Shown piece after piece: positions 1-11,935 of a stretch of DNA of 36,721 nt. Numbering within the stretch: the first letter of the stretch is position 1; each line of letters begins with the position of its first letter. The stretch is from Octopus bimaculoides (lineage: Eukaryota): NCBI RefSeq assembly GCF_001194135.2, contig NC_068995.1, forward strand, positions 27,593,986 through 27,630,706. Direction: 5' to 3'. A program made the position numbers and the translations under genes. The notes under the pieces were generated by a model. The model worked only from the letters and a program-made list of their open reading frames with translations, was not told the origin of the DNA and searched no databases.

Positions 1-120
1 AGAAACTCTGCCAGATCAGATTGGAGCCTGGTGTAGCCATCTGATTCACCAGTCCTCAGTCAAATTGTCCAACCCTTGCTAGCATGGAAAGCGGACGTTA
101 AACGATGATGATGATGATGA
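1..120 (+). mobile_element. 3' end of RTE-like LINE family A with (GAT)n tail
   Basis: Near-identical to 6742-6858 and similar to 25541-25665, which terminate RT-coding remnants. Ends in gatgatgatgatgatga. Confidence 0.85.
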
Positions 121-282
121 TTTATATATATGCCCTTATATAAATTAATTAATATATACGTATAATATATATATAAATATATATATATAAATAAATATAT
201 ATATATATTTATAAATATGCCCTTATATAAATTAATTAATATATATGTATAATATATATAAATATATATATAAATAAATATA

Positions 283-366
<84 letters not shown>
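121..366. repeat. (TA)n microsatellite with two imperfect ~88-bp AT-rich tandem units
   Basis: atgcccttatataaattaattaatatata occurs twice (~130 and ~218), followed by pure (TA)n. Confidence 0.9.
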
Positions 367-369
<3 letters not shown>

Positions 370-739
370 TTCATCTTGTCTGAAGTGAATAAATATATAA
401 TGGAACTGTGATTATGTATATCAGAAAAAATATATATAAGCCAAAACAATTTCTTAGCCTTTTATGGTTGTTATTATTAATTATATAATATTATGTAATG
501 TTATATATCATATTCATAAATAATTTTATTGTCAATAGAATATCTCTATATTTATCTTTATATACATATATGTATGTGTGTGTGTATACATACATGCGTG
601 CATGCATGCGCACACACATACATACACACACAGGTCTTAATAAGCTAGAAAACAGACAGGAGCCTACCCACTCCAAGTACATGGCCTTGTTCGATTTGTA
701 GGAAAGGTGTAGGCACAAATTCTATACAGTATACCTAGT

Positions 740-1345
740 GTATGCTATAGACACACAAGAGGTCAGTGCAATAAGGAGAATGTTATCAGATAATGCAGTG
801 TTCATTTGTGGAAAATGCACAAGAGCCATAAAAACAACAGACACTTAGGAAATTAATTTTCTCAAATTTTCCAGAGGCTCTTTAGAGATGGTGGATAATT
901 TCTGCTAATTAGTAGGGAGGGAGGATCTATGGAGAGTGTAATAGCTAAAATAGAATGGAGAAAATTCAGAGAGCATTTACCTTTGTTGGCAACCAAAGGT
1001 TTCTCTCTCCACATAAACAGAAGATTGTATGTCGTAAGTATACGAACAACAATTTTAAATGGTAGTGAAATGTTAGCTCTGAATGCAAAGACTAGAGAGG
1101 AATGAGGCTAGTATGTTCCACTGAATGCATAATATAAGTACATGTGCAACAGAGTGCTAGTGTACTGAGAGAGAAGTTAACCATAAGAGGAATTAGATGC
1201 AGTGTGGAAGAGAGACGACTGCATTGGTTTGGTCATATAATGCAGATGTATTGCTGAGAGCTCCATAAAGAAATGCCAATCTCTCAAAGTGGATAGAATT
1301 TGTGGAAGAGAGAGACTCAGGAAGACATGAAACAAGATAAATAAT
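740..1345 (+). mobile_element. Decayed RTE family A fragment (C-terminal RT/thumb region)
   Basis: Aligns by eye with 5460-6090 and 24500-25130 (e.g. gagagacgactgcattggt..ggtcat, gagaggaatgaggctagtatg). Contains many stops. Confidence 0.75.
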
Positions 1346-1370
1346 GTCAGAGATTAGGTTGACTCGGTAA

Positions 1371-2503
1371 ATGAAAAGGCATGCTGTAATCATTGCCTTA
1401 AAAGTGCAACATAGTGATACAGACTCAGCTCACTTCTTGAAAGTTGCCTGACCTTCGTTGTCAAAGTTTGAAAGAAGCTGTAAGCTGCTGATGGGAATCT
1501 AACATCAGCAGCTGAATGCAAAACGTATGCACAGGGTCCTAATACCATCAGAACACATAACTTTGTACAAAAAGTCCAAGAAATAATTGATATAAAATCC
1601 TGGAAAGTCAATCAGAGCCATTGCAAAGGACCTCAAGGTTTCAGAATGCACCATCAGAAGAGTTGTACATGAGGACATACAAGTTGTATGTGATGTGGAG
1701 GGATCAGTTTATATCAAATGTGACAAAAGAGAATCATTTGGTCCATACGAAGTGCTTGCTAAACAAGTTAAAACATGAAGAAACTGGAACACTTCAATCA
1801 GGACCAAAAGGTAAATAAACCAAGGGAATGACAGATGGCTATGCAGAGACCCAAATGAGGTTCCAATGATCATGCATAACCATCTGTCATTCAGTATACC
1901 ATCACAGTTGTGGGAGGTGTTCCCAGCAACTGTGACATTTCTAGGAGTTGTCAGTAACAAAGGAGATGTCATGCCTCCTCACTTTTTCTCACTGGAGTTG
2001 AGAGTCAATGCTGTTGTCTATACAGAGGTGTTGGAGAAGTTGTAAGGCCCTGAGTACGCAATGCAAGATTGTACATTTTCCAACAAGACTGTGCCATTTC
2101 ATAAGGCTGAGACAACCCATGTGTGGATGTATGCCAATCTCTATGATCATGTTCTCCCAGGCACAAAGCCTCCAAGCTCACCAGACCTCAATCCATTGGA
2201 CTATTATGTAAGAGGCATAGTCAAGAGAGAGGTCAATCAACACCCCCATAACACTATACAATCTCTCAAGTCCCCCATAACCAGCACTATGTCAAAAATT
2301 GATAGAGATCATCTGATTCAGATATGTCAATGCTTCCAACCTCATATTGAAGCAGCTAACAGTAGATTCATTGAATAGGTTTGATAAAGGGATTCTCAAG
2401 ATTATTTGTACCAATTTGTTTTCAAATATACCTTTTCTTTGATGAGCTATGTGTCTTTTTCTAAATTCATACAAATGAGCTCAAAAATCTGATGCATCTT
2501 GTA
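1371..2503 (+). mobile_element. Decayed mariner-like maT (DD37D) transposon
   Basis: Starts MKRHAVIIALK at 1371. FQQD (~2078-2089) lies 37 residues from the last D of SPDLNPLDYY after repairing one frameshift. Ends GFIE-like RFIE* at 2378, with a TIR-like ...gcatcttgta at 2503. Confidence 0.8.
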
Positions 2504-2565
2504 CAACAGTGATTAGCATACACTGAAGATCCAAATGTGAGTATTAAGAATGATAATTGTAAATC

Positions 2566-2700
2566 ATTCTTTTATTCATTTACTTGTTTCAGTCATTTGA
2601 CTGCAGCCATGCTGGGGTACCGCCTTTAGTTGAGCAAATCAGTCCCAGGACTTATTGTTTGTAAGCCAAGAACTTATTCTATCAATCTCTTATGCAACCT
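2566..2700 (-). mobile_element. tRNA-derived SINE, 3' part
   Basis: tacttgtttcagtcatttgactgcagccatgctgg... is shared with 7176, 16631 and the reverse complement of 9460-9680. Confidence 0.8.
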
Positions 2701-2740
2701 ATGATCTATTCCTAAGAATGCTCCAACTTAGGATAATTTG

Positions 2741-3247
2741 GCATTCTTTTGTTTAAAGTATCATATATGTCAAAATGGACAACTCACACACACACCCATT
2801 GACTTTCATGTCCAAGAGTTGAATAGTGAAACACTCCACACACACACATTCATAAATGTGATCATGTTTGCATGCATACACACACACATATATACATACA
2901 TAGAAAAAGATGTATGTATATGTATTTATGCATGTATGCACATATGCAAGATATATGGGTGTATGTATGTGTGTGTGTTTGTATGCAAGCATGTTCAGCT
3001 TTGTGCACGTGTCTGAACATACGTGCAAGTGTGTTTCACTTGTCAACTCATGGCTATGAAAGTCAATGGGTGTATGCGAGCACATGCAAGCATGTGTTTC
3101 ACTTTTCACCTCCCTCATAGACTTGAAAGGCAAATGTCGGCTTCAACAGGACATGAAAACATAAGTAAATAAATAAAAATTCTTTACGGAAATTACTGAA
3201 CAATCAGCTGTCCATTTTGACGTATGATACTTTAACCAAAAGAATGC
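2741..3247. mobile_element. Non-autonomous MITE with ~40-bp TIRs and a second internal inverted repeat
   Basis: gcattcttttgtttaaagtatcata..tgtcaaaatggaca (2741-2781) is the reverse complement of 3209-3247. The inner pair cacccattgactttcat / atgaaagtcaatgggtg flanks a CA/TA core. Confidence 0.8.
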
Positions 3248-3910
3248 TGATAATGTTTATGTACAAGATATAGAATATTGTCTTTTACAAAATAAATATA
3301 GCATTAAAAAACAAACATTACAAACTATAAATTACAGTAAGTGCAGTATTCTCTGTAAAGACACTTTCCAAAGGCATTTTAAATTTATTATTCCTATGTT
3401 TTTTAACTTTCAATTACCTAGTATGTATTCTGTACTTAGATTGCTACTTTCCATAATGTTACTTGGCTTCTTTTAATAACTCACATGAATGGGATTTATT
3501 CTTAGTGACAATTCAAATTCAAACATTTTATGTTAGCTGAGGTTAACGTCTTCTATGAATATCTTTTATCTGTGAGACACTGAATGAAAGTCAAATCTGA
3601 GTTCATAAATCAGCCAAACCACAATGCAGTTAGTTCATTGGTAGTAACTATTTTGCATATTCTCTACATGAATCTAACTCAGTATGTTCATCAAATGAGG
3701 TTTCTATATTAAAAGCATTTTCTTACCATAGTCTTAAAATGAACAGAAATGAGTCCATTAATCATGCATAAGGTTTTAGAAGGGAAGGTTAATTTCATTA
3801 GCTTTCACTAGAATTTTAAGCACTTATCAATAATCTTTAGAAGCAAAAACTTTTAAGATATGTCTGCAGATATGTATAATCAACTGAAATAAGTATTTAG
3901 TTCTCTATTT

Positions 3911-3957
3911 CCAGTCCATGCCAATATGGACAACAGACATTAAATCATGATGATGAT
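3911..3957 (+). mobile_element. Extremely 5'-truncated RTE family A tail
   Basis: ccatgccaatatggacaacagacattaaatcatgatgatgat matches the tail at 25616-25665. Confidence 0.6.
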
Positions 3958-4989
3958 TATTTCTCTTTCAACCAAAATAGGATTTCTTGGGGAAAAATAC
4001 TTGCACAACTTTATATAATAAATGGAAACAACATTGTTTGCTATTTACCACAGTCCAAGATACCTTCTACCCAACCACCTTTTCTCAAAGAATTAAAGGA
4101 TGAAAAGTCACCAAATGTAAAACTAATCAAATATATAATCAATATACTTAAATCAACTGAGATTTCTCAATGATAAACAGTTCCTGAATATTCTGTACTA
4201 CTTACATAATGCAAATCTATGTTATTCCTTAGCAAATAAGTTGTTGCTGGTCATATTGTCAATAATCTCATTCTGAGTGATTCGAACTTTGTTACATATG
4301 ATGCTGATTTTATATAATTTTTGTGAAAGATCTACATGTTCTTGTACAAAACAATGACGCAAAAAGTGGGCTATTATGCATCTAAATTCCTTTCATGCAA
4401 CAACAATGGAGAATTTCTTTCTTAAGAATAATATGTTCAGTAAACCTCTTTGCATTATTGTAATATCAATCCCATGTATTGTTCTTCAAAATTGTTACCA
4501 AAAACTCAAATCCTTCAAACAGAGGAAATAACTTTTAATTTTTGAGGTTTGTTAGGATTGGAACTTTTATATTTAAATAAACCCTAGTTTCAAACCTATA
4601 CATGCCTAACAAGTTCCATTTAATCTTCCTCTAATCAGTCTCTTAAAGTTTGATTACTTTAAGTAGGTAAGTGTTTCAAGTAATGACACCATAGCTTATT
4701 CAAACCTATCTGGTAGCAGAATCAATTCACTGACAAGTGGAAAGCAACATAAAGGAAAGGAATTTTAGCAAATATTTAAGGCAAACTCATTTACTTGCTG
4801 AAATCTCAGCATCAAAATTTTCAAAACTAATCTGATATAAATCAGCAGATTTTCACAATCACAGTTTGACAGTTATAATCACAAGTTGAATGTTACAACA
4901 GTCTTCATTTCTGCAACACTACAATATTTCTGTAGCACTACAATATTTCATTCATAGTTACAACCCTAATTCCAAACATCTTACACCTT

Positions 4990-6858
4990 TGACAAAGATA
5001 AACCTCTGTACCTGCTCCATTATCTGGTGGTCAATGAGGAAACTGGGGATAGATGAGTAGTTAGTGAGAGCTGTGTAAGCCATGTATAGGGACACTGTCA
5101 GTAAGGTGAGGGTTGGCAACAAGTACAGTGAAGAATTCCGGGTAGAGGTGGGGGGTCCACCAAGGTTCAGTCCTCAGCCCCCTCCTATTTATCATAGTCC
5201 TCCAAGCAATAACACAGGAATTCAAGACGGGATGCCCCTGGGAGCTCCTCTATGCTGATGACCTTGCCCTAATTGCTGAGTCACTATCAGAACTAGAGAA
5301 GTTTCAGGTGTGGAAGCAAGGACTAGAATCGAAGGGCCTTAGAGTCAACCTAGCTAAAACCAAAGTTCTAATAAGTAGGAAGGTAGACAAGACACAAACC
5401 CCTGCTCAATCTGCAGAAAATGCGTAGGTAGAAACTCCGTAAGATGTACCCAGTGTAAGCTATGGACACATAAGAGGTGCAGCAATATCAATAGGAAGGC
5501 TAACTAGCAAGATAGTTTTTGTATGTGGCTCAGGAGCAATAAACACTGAGAATGTGCAGAATACAACCTTTACCACACTCCAGGGAGAAAAACTAGAATT
5601 AGTTGATAGCTTCCGCTACCTAGGTGACCAAGTTTGTAGCGGGGGAGGGTGCGCTGAAAGTTTGCTGCTAGAATAAGAATAGCCTGGGCAAAGTTTAGAG
5701 AGCTCTTACCTTGCTGGTGACAAAGGGTCTCTTGCTCAGAGTAAAAGGCAGACTGTATGACGCATGTGTATGAACAGCCATGCTACATGGCAGTGAAACA
5801 TGGGCCGTGACTGCTGAGGACATGCGTAAGCTCACAAGAAACAAAGCCAGTATGCTCTGGTGGATGTGTAATGTCAGTGTGCATACTCGACAGTGTGTAA
5901 GTACCTTGAGAGAAAAGTTAGACCTAAGAAGCATCAGTTGTGGTGTGCTAGAGAGACAACTGCATTGGTGTGGACATGTGTGGAAAGAAGGGATAAGGAT
6001 AGCTGTGTGAAAAAGGGCCACACCCTAGCAGTTGAGGGAACCTGTGGAAGAGGTAGACCCAAGAAGACCTGGGACGAGGTGGTGAAGCACAACCTTCGAA
6101 CTTTAGGCCTCACCGAGGCAATGACTAGTGACCGGGACCTTTGGAAATATGCAGTACGTGAGAAGACCCGGCAAGCCAAGTGAGAGCATAAGCTGGGACC
6201 TCTGCCAGATGTGTGGCCTGCTCACTTATCCATATCTTTACTTCATTGGACACTAAACTCTGCTTGCGAAGACCTGTTGAGGCAAGTGAATTTGAAATCT
6301 GAAATTGAACCGAATCCAACAACTGGCACCCATGCCAACCTCTCTTTCATTGGACACTAAACTCTGCTTGTGAAGAAATGTTGGGGCAAGTGAAATCAAA
6401 ATTGAACTATATCCAATGACTGGCACCGCGCCAGTGGAGCACTAACAGTACTGTCTAAGCGTGTTCATTGCCAGAGCAGCTGCCTGGCTTCCGTGCCAGT
6501 GGCCCGTAAATAGCACCATTTGAGTGTAATCATTACGAGCGCCACCTTTCAGCACTTGTGCTAGTGGCACGCTGGAAAATCATTCGAGCGAAGTCGTTGC
6601 CAGTGCCGCTGGACTGGCTCCTGTGCAGGTGGCACGTAAAATACACCTTTGGAACGAGACCGTTGCCAGTACTGTAGGTGGTACGTAAAAGCACCCACTA
6701 CACTCTCGGAGTGGTTGGCGTTAGGAAGGGCATCCAGCTGTAGAAACTCTGCCAGATCAGATTGGAGCCTGGTGCAGCCTTCTGACTTGCCAGTCCTCAG
6801 TCAAATCGTCCAACCCATGCTAGCATGGAAAGAGGACATTAAACGATGATGATGATGA
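4990..6858 (+). mobile_element. RTE-like LINE family A, 5'-truncated, with RT remnant, long repetitive 3' UTR and (GAT)n tail
   Basis: ELLYADDL motif at ~5245-5265; LHGSETWAVTAED; GRGRPKKTWDEVV. Frameshifts and stops are present. Confidence 0.9.
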
Positions 6859-7175
6859 AGGTCATAATCACAATTCCACTTCTAAATAGTTAATGGTTCT
6901 TCTAGGATGTAATTGTTTCCATTTCAACAAACATTCATGGACTAAATCATTTTTCAAAAGCAACTATAACTACAAAATTATTTGCATATGTGTATCCCTG
7001 CATAATGGTTACCTCAAATTACAGGATTTGGTGCTTGTGTAAATTTTAAAGTATGATCATTAATTTCAGGATATGATCTGTTATTTCACCCTTACAAAAA
7101 TTTGGATTAATTTTAACAAATTCAAACTACATTTTCTTCTTAGCCAAAATGCACATTTTTAGCTAAGAGCAAACT

Positions 7176-8040
7176 ATTCTTTTATTCTTTTACATGTCTC
7201 GGTCAGTTGACTGCAGCCATGCTGGAGAACTGCCTTAAAGGGTTTTAGTCAAACAAATACACCCCAGGACTTATTTTTTAAAGCCTAGTACTTATTCTAT
7301 TGGTGTCTTTTGCTGAATCACTAGGTTGCAGGGACGTAAACACACCAACACCAGTTGTCAAGCAGTGATGGAGAGACAAACATAGACACAAAGACACACA
7401 CACACATTTATGACAAGCTTCTTTCAATTTCCGTCTACAAAATCCACTTGGCTATAGAAGACATTTGGCTTGCAGATTTTAAAATTATTTTTTTTAAACT
7501 AAACAGTTTGAAACTTCGTATACTAGTGTAATTTCTCATGGCTTACTTTCAGCATTTTTGACAAAATTTCATATGTTATTTTGTGTTAAAGTTGTTGTAT
7601 TTGGGTAATTTTAACCAATCAACTACGTGTATTCAACTGAAGAGACTTACTGCTGTTTGCGATAGTAACTGAAGTGCAACAACTTCCAGGTCATCTCTAC
7701 TAAATATATTTTCCAAACACACCAAATAATCCACACATGGTTGAAAAATACATTTACTAAAGACGACCTGGAAGTTGTTGCTTTTCAATTACTATCGCAA
7801 ACAGCAGTAGGTTTCTTCAGCTAAATACATGCCGTTGATTGGTTAAAATTACCCAAATACGACACTTCTAAAATACGACCAGTATATGAAGTTTCAAACT
7901 GTTTAGTTTTTAAAATAATTTTAGAATCTGTGAGCCAAACTGAAGAGATCCAACATTTGTCCAAGGCACCATGCAGTGGGACTGAACCCAAAACCATGTG
8001 ATTGGGAAGCAAGCTTCTTACCACAGTCACACCTGCACCT
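7176..8040 (-). mobile_element. Near full-length tRNA-derived SINE interrupted by a MITE
   Basis: Tail at 7176-7460. The head at 7960-8040 reads (reverse complement) aggtgcaggtgtgactgtggtaagaagcttgcttcccaatcacatggttttgggttcagtccc, with tRNA-like A/B boxes followed by ccttggacaaatgt. Confidence 0.85.
7468..7951. mobile_element. Foldback (palindromic) MITE
   Basis: Arms pair over most of the length, e.g. aaactaaacagtttgaaacttcgtatact / agtatatgaagtttcaaactgtttagttt and caacaacttccaggtc / gacctggaagttgttg. Flanked by ACATTTG on both sides. Confidence 0.9.
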
Positions 8041-8369
8041 ATAGTTGATAATTTTAAAAACTATAATAACAATATACACACATGTATATGGATCACTATA
8101 AAGATTTACAGAGTGCATCAGAATTTTTCAGTGAATTTTTGTGTGCATGTATATTTTCTTGTGTTATAATGAGTATCTATCTATATAAATCAACTTTCAC
8201 CAACCAAACCCACCAACTCATTTATGATCTACAACAGCAACAATGGAGATTGACTTCAAATGAAACACCAATAATTGACAAGAACAATATGACCATCAAC
8301 AATACTTCCACCATCACCACCAGGTCTAACAATCCAGATATGGCCATTAGAACAAAGAAATAAGCCTGG

Positions 8370-9390
8370 AAGAACTAGATCATGTAGCGAGGATGGGGGC
8401 TAGAAGACAAGTTTACTTAGCGTGGGGAAAAGCAGAAAGGAGGAAGTTTGCCAGTGTTCTGTGGTGTGAAGACTAAAGGCTTGAAATGTTTTGGATTGCA
8501 AGACAGTGTGTCAGAGAATATTGTGATGTGGTAGGAGAGAAATGTGTCCATATAGATGACGGCTCACTTGTAGTTAGTGATTCTGCAAAAGAGACTTGGA
8601 AGTGACAGTATGAAAGGTTGCTAAATGTAGAGAATGCATTAGAGAAAGAGAGCCTGCCTAATGTGGATCCAACAGAGGGGCCAGCAATCCAAATTGACAG
8701 TAGCTTAGTAGATACGAAGCTATTAAGGATATAAAGACAGGAAAAGCTTCTGGTCCATCAGGAATTACCACTGAGATGCTTAAAATATTTGGTAGAGTGG
8801 AATATGACCTGGTCATCCATATAATTAATCAGGTTGTCCATGAGGAAGTCATACCCAATGATTGGTGTCAACTGCTACAAAGATGAGTGATGCCTTAGAC
8901 AGAAATAATTATAGAGGCATCAAATTACTGGACCAGGTGATGAAAGTTGCAGAAAAGGGTCATAGGAAGAAAGTTAGCATAGATGAGATAGAGTTTAGAT
9001 TTGTGCCAGGGAGAAGCACCACCGATGAGACAACTGCAGAAGAAATACTTGACCAAAAATAAACCTTTGTATTTAGCTTTTGTGGAAATGGAGAAAGCCA
9101 TTGATAGGGTCCCCCATTCCCTTATCTGGTGGGTAATGTGAAGCTAGGGATAGATGAGTTGTTGGTGAGAGCTGTGCAAGCCATGTACAGGGATACTGTC
9201 AGTAGAGTGAGCGCTGCCAATAAGTATAGCAAGGAGTTTAGTATACAAGTAGAAATCTACCAGGGATCAGTTCTTAGCACCCCCTTGTTTATCATAGTCT
9301 TCAAAGCTATAACTGAGAAATTTAAGACTGGCTGCCCTTGGGAACTCCTCTATTACTGAATCACTACCAGAACTAGAGATATTTCAAGTA
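8370..9390 (+). mobile_element. RTE family A internal fragment (RT N-terminal half)
   Basis: DALDRNNYRGIKLLDQVMKV, FRFVPGRSTTD, YQGSVLSTPLF, GCPWELLY. Parallels 23250-24300. Confidence 0.9.
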
Positions 9391-9459
9391 TGAAAGCACA
9401 GACTGTGTGTGTGCATGTATGCATGTATATATGTGTATGTATATATATATATATATGTG

Positions 9460-9680
9460 TGTGTGTGTATGTATTTCTGTGTCTGTGCTTGTGCCCCTAT
9501 CATAGCTTGACAACCGATGTTGGTGTGCTTATTATGTCCCCGTTACTTAGCGGTTTGGCAAAAGAAACCGATAGAGTAGGTACTAGGCTTACAAAGAATA
9601 AGTCTTGGGTTCAATTTGTTCAACTAAAGGTGGTACTTCAGCATGGCCACGGTCAAATGACTGAAACAAGTAAAAGAATA
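9460..9680 (+). mobile_element. tRNA-derived SINE, 3' half
   Basis: Reverse complement of the 7176-7420 block. Ends ...gactgaaacaagtaaaagaata. Confidence 0.85.
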
Positions 9681-9799
9681 TATTACCAAAACAAAGTTTG
9701 CAACATCTACAGTACAATCAAACATGACAACATAGAGAAGTTAAGTAAACAAGATGCCATTCCTTTAACTGCTTAGACCTTAATTTTTCATAGATTGAA

Positions 9800-11000
9800 A
9801 ACTTTACTGAGTAATAAAGGCCAGTTTTAAAGGTTTAAGAAGCATTTAAATTTACTCAACATAATAATGACTGGTGAAGCTGCTACAAATTATCCTGAGC
9901 AACTAGAAAAAAATCATTGCTGAAGAGCAATACATAACATATAATGTTGATGAAACTGCATTTTTCTAAAAGAGCATGCTTGCTAGACCTTTTATTTCTT
10001 AAGAAAGAAAATCAAAACTATGATATAAAAGCTTCCAAAAGTTGCCTGATTCTTCTGGAAGGAAATGCTGCTGCTGATATGAAATTATTGTCCTTACTCA
10101 TGTACCAATCCAAAAATCCAACAGCTTTCAAGGAGTATTGCAAAGTTTAATCTGATTTCAAATAAGAAGGCATGAATGACTGACTAAGAACCTTTTCAAA
10201 CAGTGGTTTACAAACATTATTTGTCCTACTGTAGAAAGATGCAGTACCAAACATAATATTTTCAACAAAACATTGCTCCCTTTAGATGAAATACCAAGCC
10301 ACCGAATGAAATTAAATGAACTTTCTGATAGCGCAAACGCAGATAACATCCCCAAGAATATTTCTTTGCTCCAGCCAATGGATCAAGGTGTGGGAGCTAA
10401 TTTCAAGGCATATTATCTGAGAACTTTAACTTAAAACCTACAGTTACAGACTTCTGGAAGAAGTTCACCATAAAGGATGCTGTGGATAATATATTTGAGT
10501 CATATGATAAAGTGAAACCCTCAACTTTGAAAGGCGTTTGAAAAAATATATGGCCAGGATGTCTCTCTGAGTTTACAAGTTTTCCATGGAAAGATAGTGT
10601 GACACATGCAAATGATGTAGAGTTTGAAAAAAACATAGATGATAATGTGGTTGATTTACTAGTGGCCCAAAGAGAATGTCTGATGAAAAGCTGATGCCAT
10701 TAGAACAGCAAGCTGAGAAGAGATTCCACCAACTCCACTTCCATTGACTGCAAAGAATATTGCTAAAAGGCTGGCACTTATACAAGAAGGTCAGCAAGTA
10801 TTTACTGATAATGACTCTATAATCTTGAAAAAATTACGAATAATTTACAAGCTCATTTCTTACAGTAAGTTGTATAAAGAGATGATGTGCCATAAACATC
10901 AAACAACTTTGGATAGGTTTTCCCTTCAAGTAGATGTTGATGAATTAAAAGACAGAAGACACTGCTCCTCATCCTGCCATCACTCCTCAAACAATAAACA
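9800..11000 (+). mobile_element. Decayed pogo/Tigger-like (CENP-B/DDE_1) transposase
   Basis: cagccaatggatcaaggtgtgggagctaatttcaaggcatattat encodes QPMDQGVGANFKAYY (~10372-10416), followed by FWKKFTIKDAVDNI and STLKGV*KNIWP. These are diagnostic pogo/Tigger motifs. Confidence 0.8.
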
Positions 11001-11689
11001 TGTTTTGGTCAGAACGTACCCTAATACCAGTTTTATTCCTTAAACATATCTCTCTTCAAATGTTTTTATGTATACATAGTATTGTGAATATTTAGAAATT
11101 GTTATTCTCATGCAGAATAGTAGTTATGGTACTTCAGTTTTTTTTTTGGAGGGGGGGGTCACTTTTTAACATTAAAATCGATGGGGGAAACTTAATTTTC
11201 TGTTATGGCAAGAATTTCTGCGACACATTACATCCGTAACGCATTTGTGTTTCAACAATAGGATTAACTAGTGTTCAGAATATTAGGCTACTTACAATCA
11301 TGAGGTATGAAGAGAATCCCTGTTAGGGAATTAATTTGTGCTTGCATATAAACATTTTCAGGGATTTGGGGTACCTAAAGTTGATCTTGTTTTAGCTGAT
11401 CATGACTAGCTGATGTTCAGAACTTGTGCTTTAATCTGAGCGAATGTTTGTGTTGTGTTTATACGCTTAAATTGATCCAGCTAATATATTTCACAGGTGT
11501 ACAGGGTCATTTTGTTGGAAATGACGTAATCAATTGATGAATATGATAAAAAAGTTACCAATATTTTGTAATTATCGACATCCACAATAACATGAAGCAG
11601 TTATCTCTCGTTTACATATAAAATTCATCATCTTACACCATTACTCCAATCTTTACAAAACGGTTCATTTAGAGAATTTATATTTATAC

Positions 11690-11935
11690 ATCCCATCCAT
11701 CTCCTCCACCCACTATTCTTGGAAAGGTCGTGGAGTCGTATCCTCAGGCACATCCTCCATAGGGTCCTATCAGAATCAGCCATCATTATACTTTCCGGCT
11801 GGATTCCCAAGCATGACCAACTGAAACTAGATATTATGCAGCCATTTCATTCTTGGTCTACCCCTAGGTCTCCTGCCGGTTGGCTCGGCTTGAAGAATCC
11901 GTTTTAGGATTCTTTCCAGCGACATTCTAATCACA
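11690..11935 (-). mobile_element. 3' remnant of a third RTE-like LINE
   Basis: The reverse strand encodes GRRPRGRPRMKW and DRTLWRMCL, typical of an RTE ORF C-terminus. Confidence 0.6.

Noticed and set aside
60-718. ORFs rich in YI/CV/HT dipeptides (also at 2738-3133, 9390-9776, 26897-27269, 28793-28999)
   Set aside because: These are translations of (TA)n/(CA)n/(TCTG)n microsatellites, not genes.
5250-5262. ctgatga matches (also ~24276 and 14692)
   Set aside because: These are the YADD codons of RT or an A-rich context, with no hammerhead stems.
6420-6700. Repeat-spacer pattern superficially like a CRISPR array
   Set aside because: The context is eukaryotic, the repeats are degenerate with irregular spacing, there are no cas genes, and it lies inside a LINE 3' UTR.
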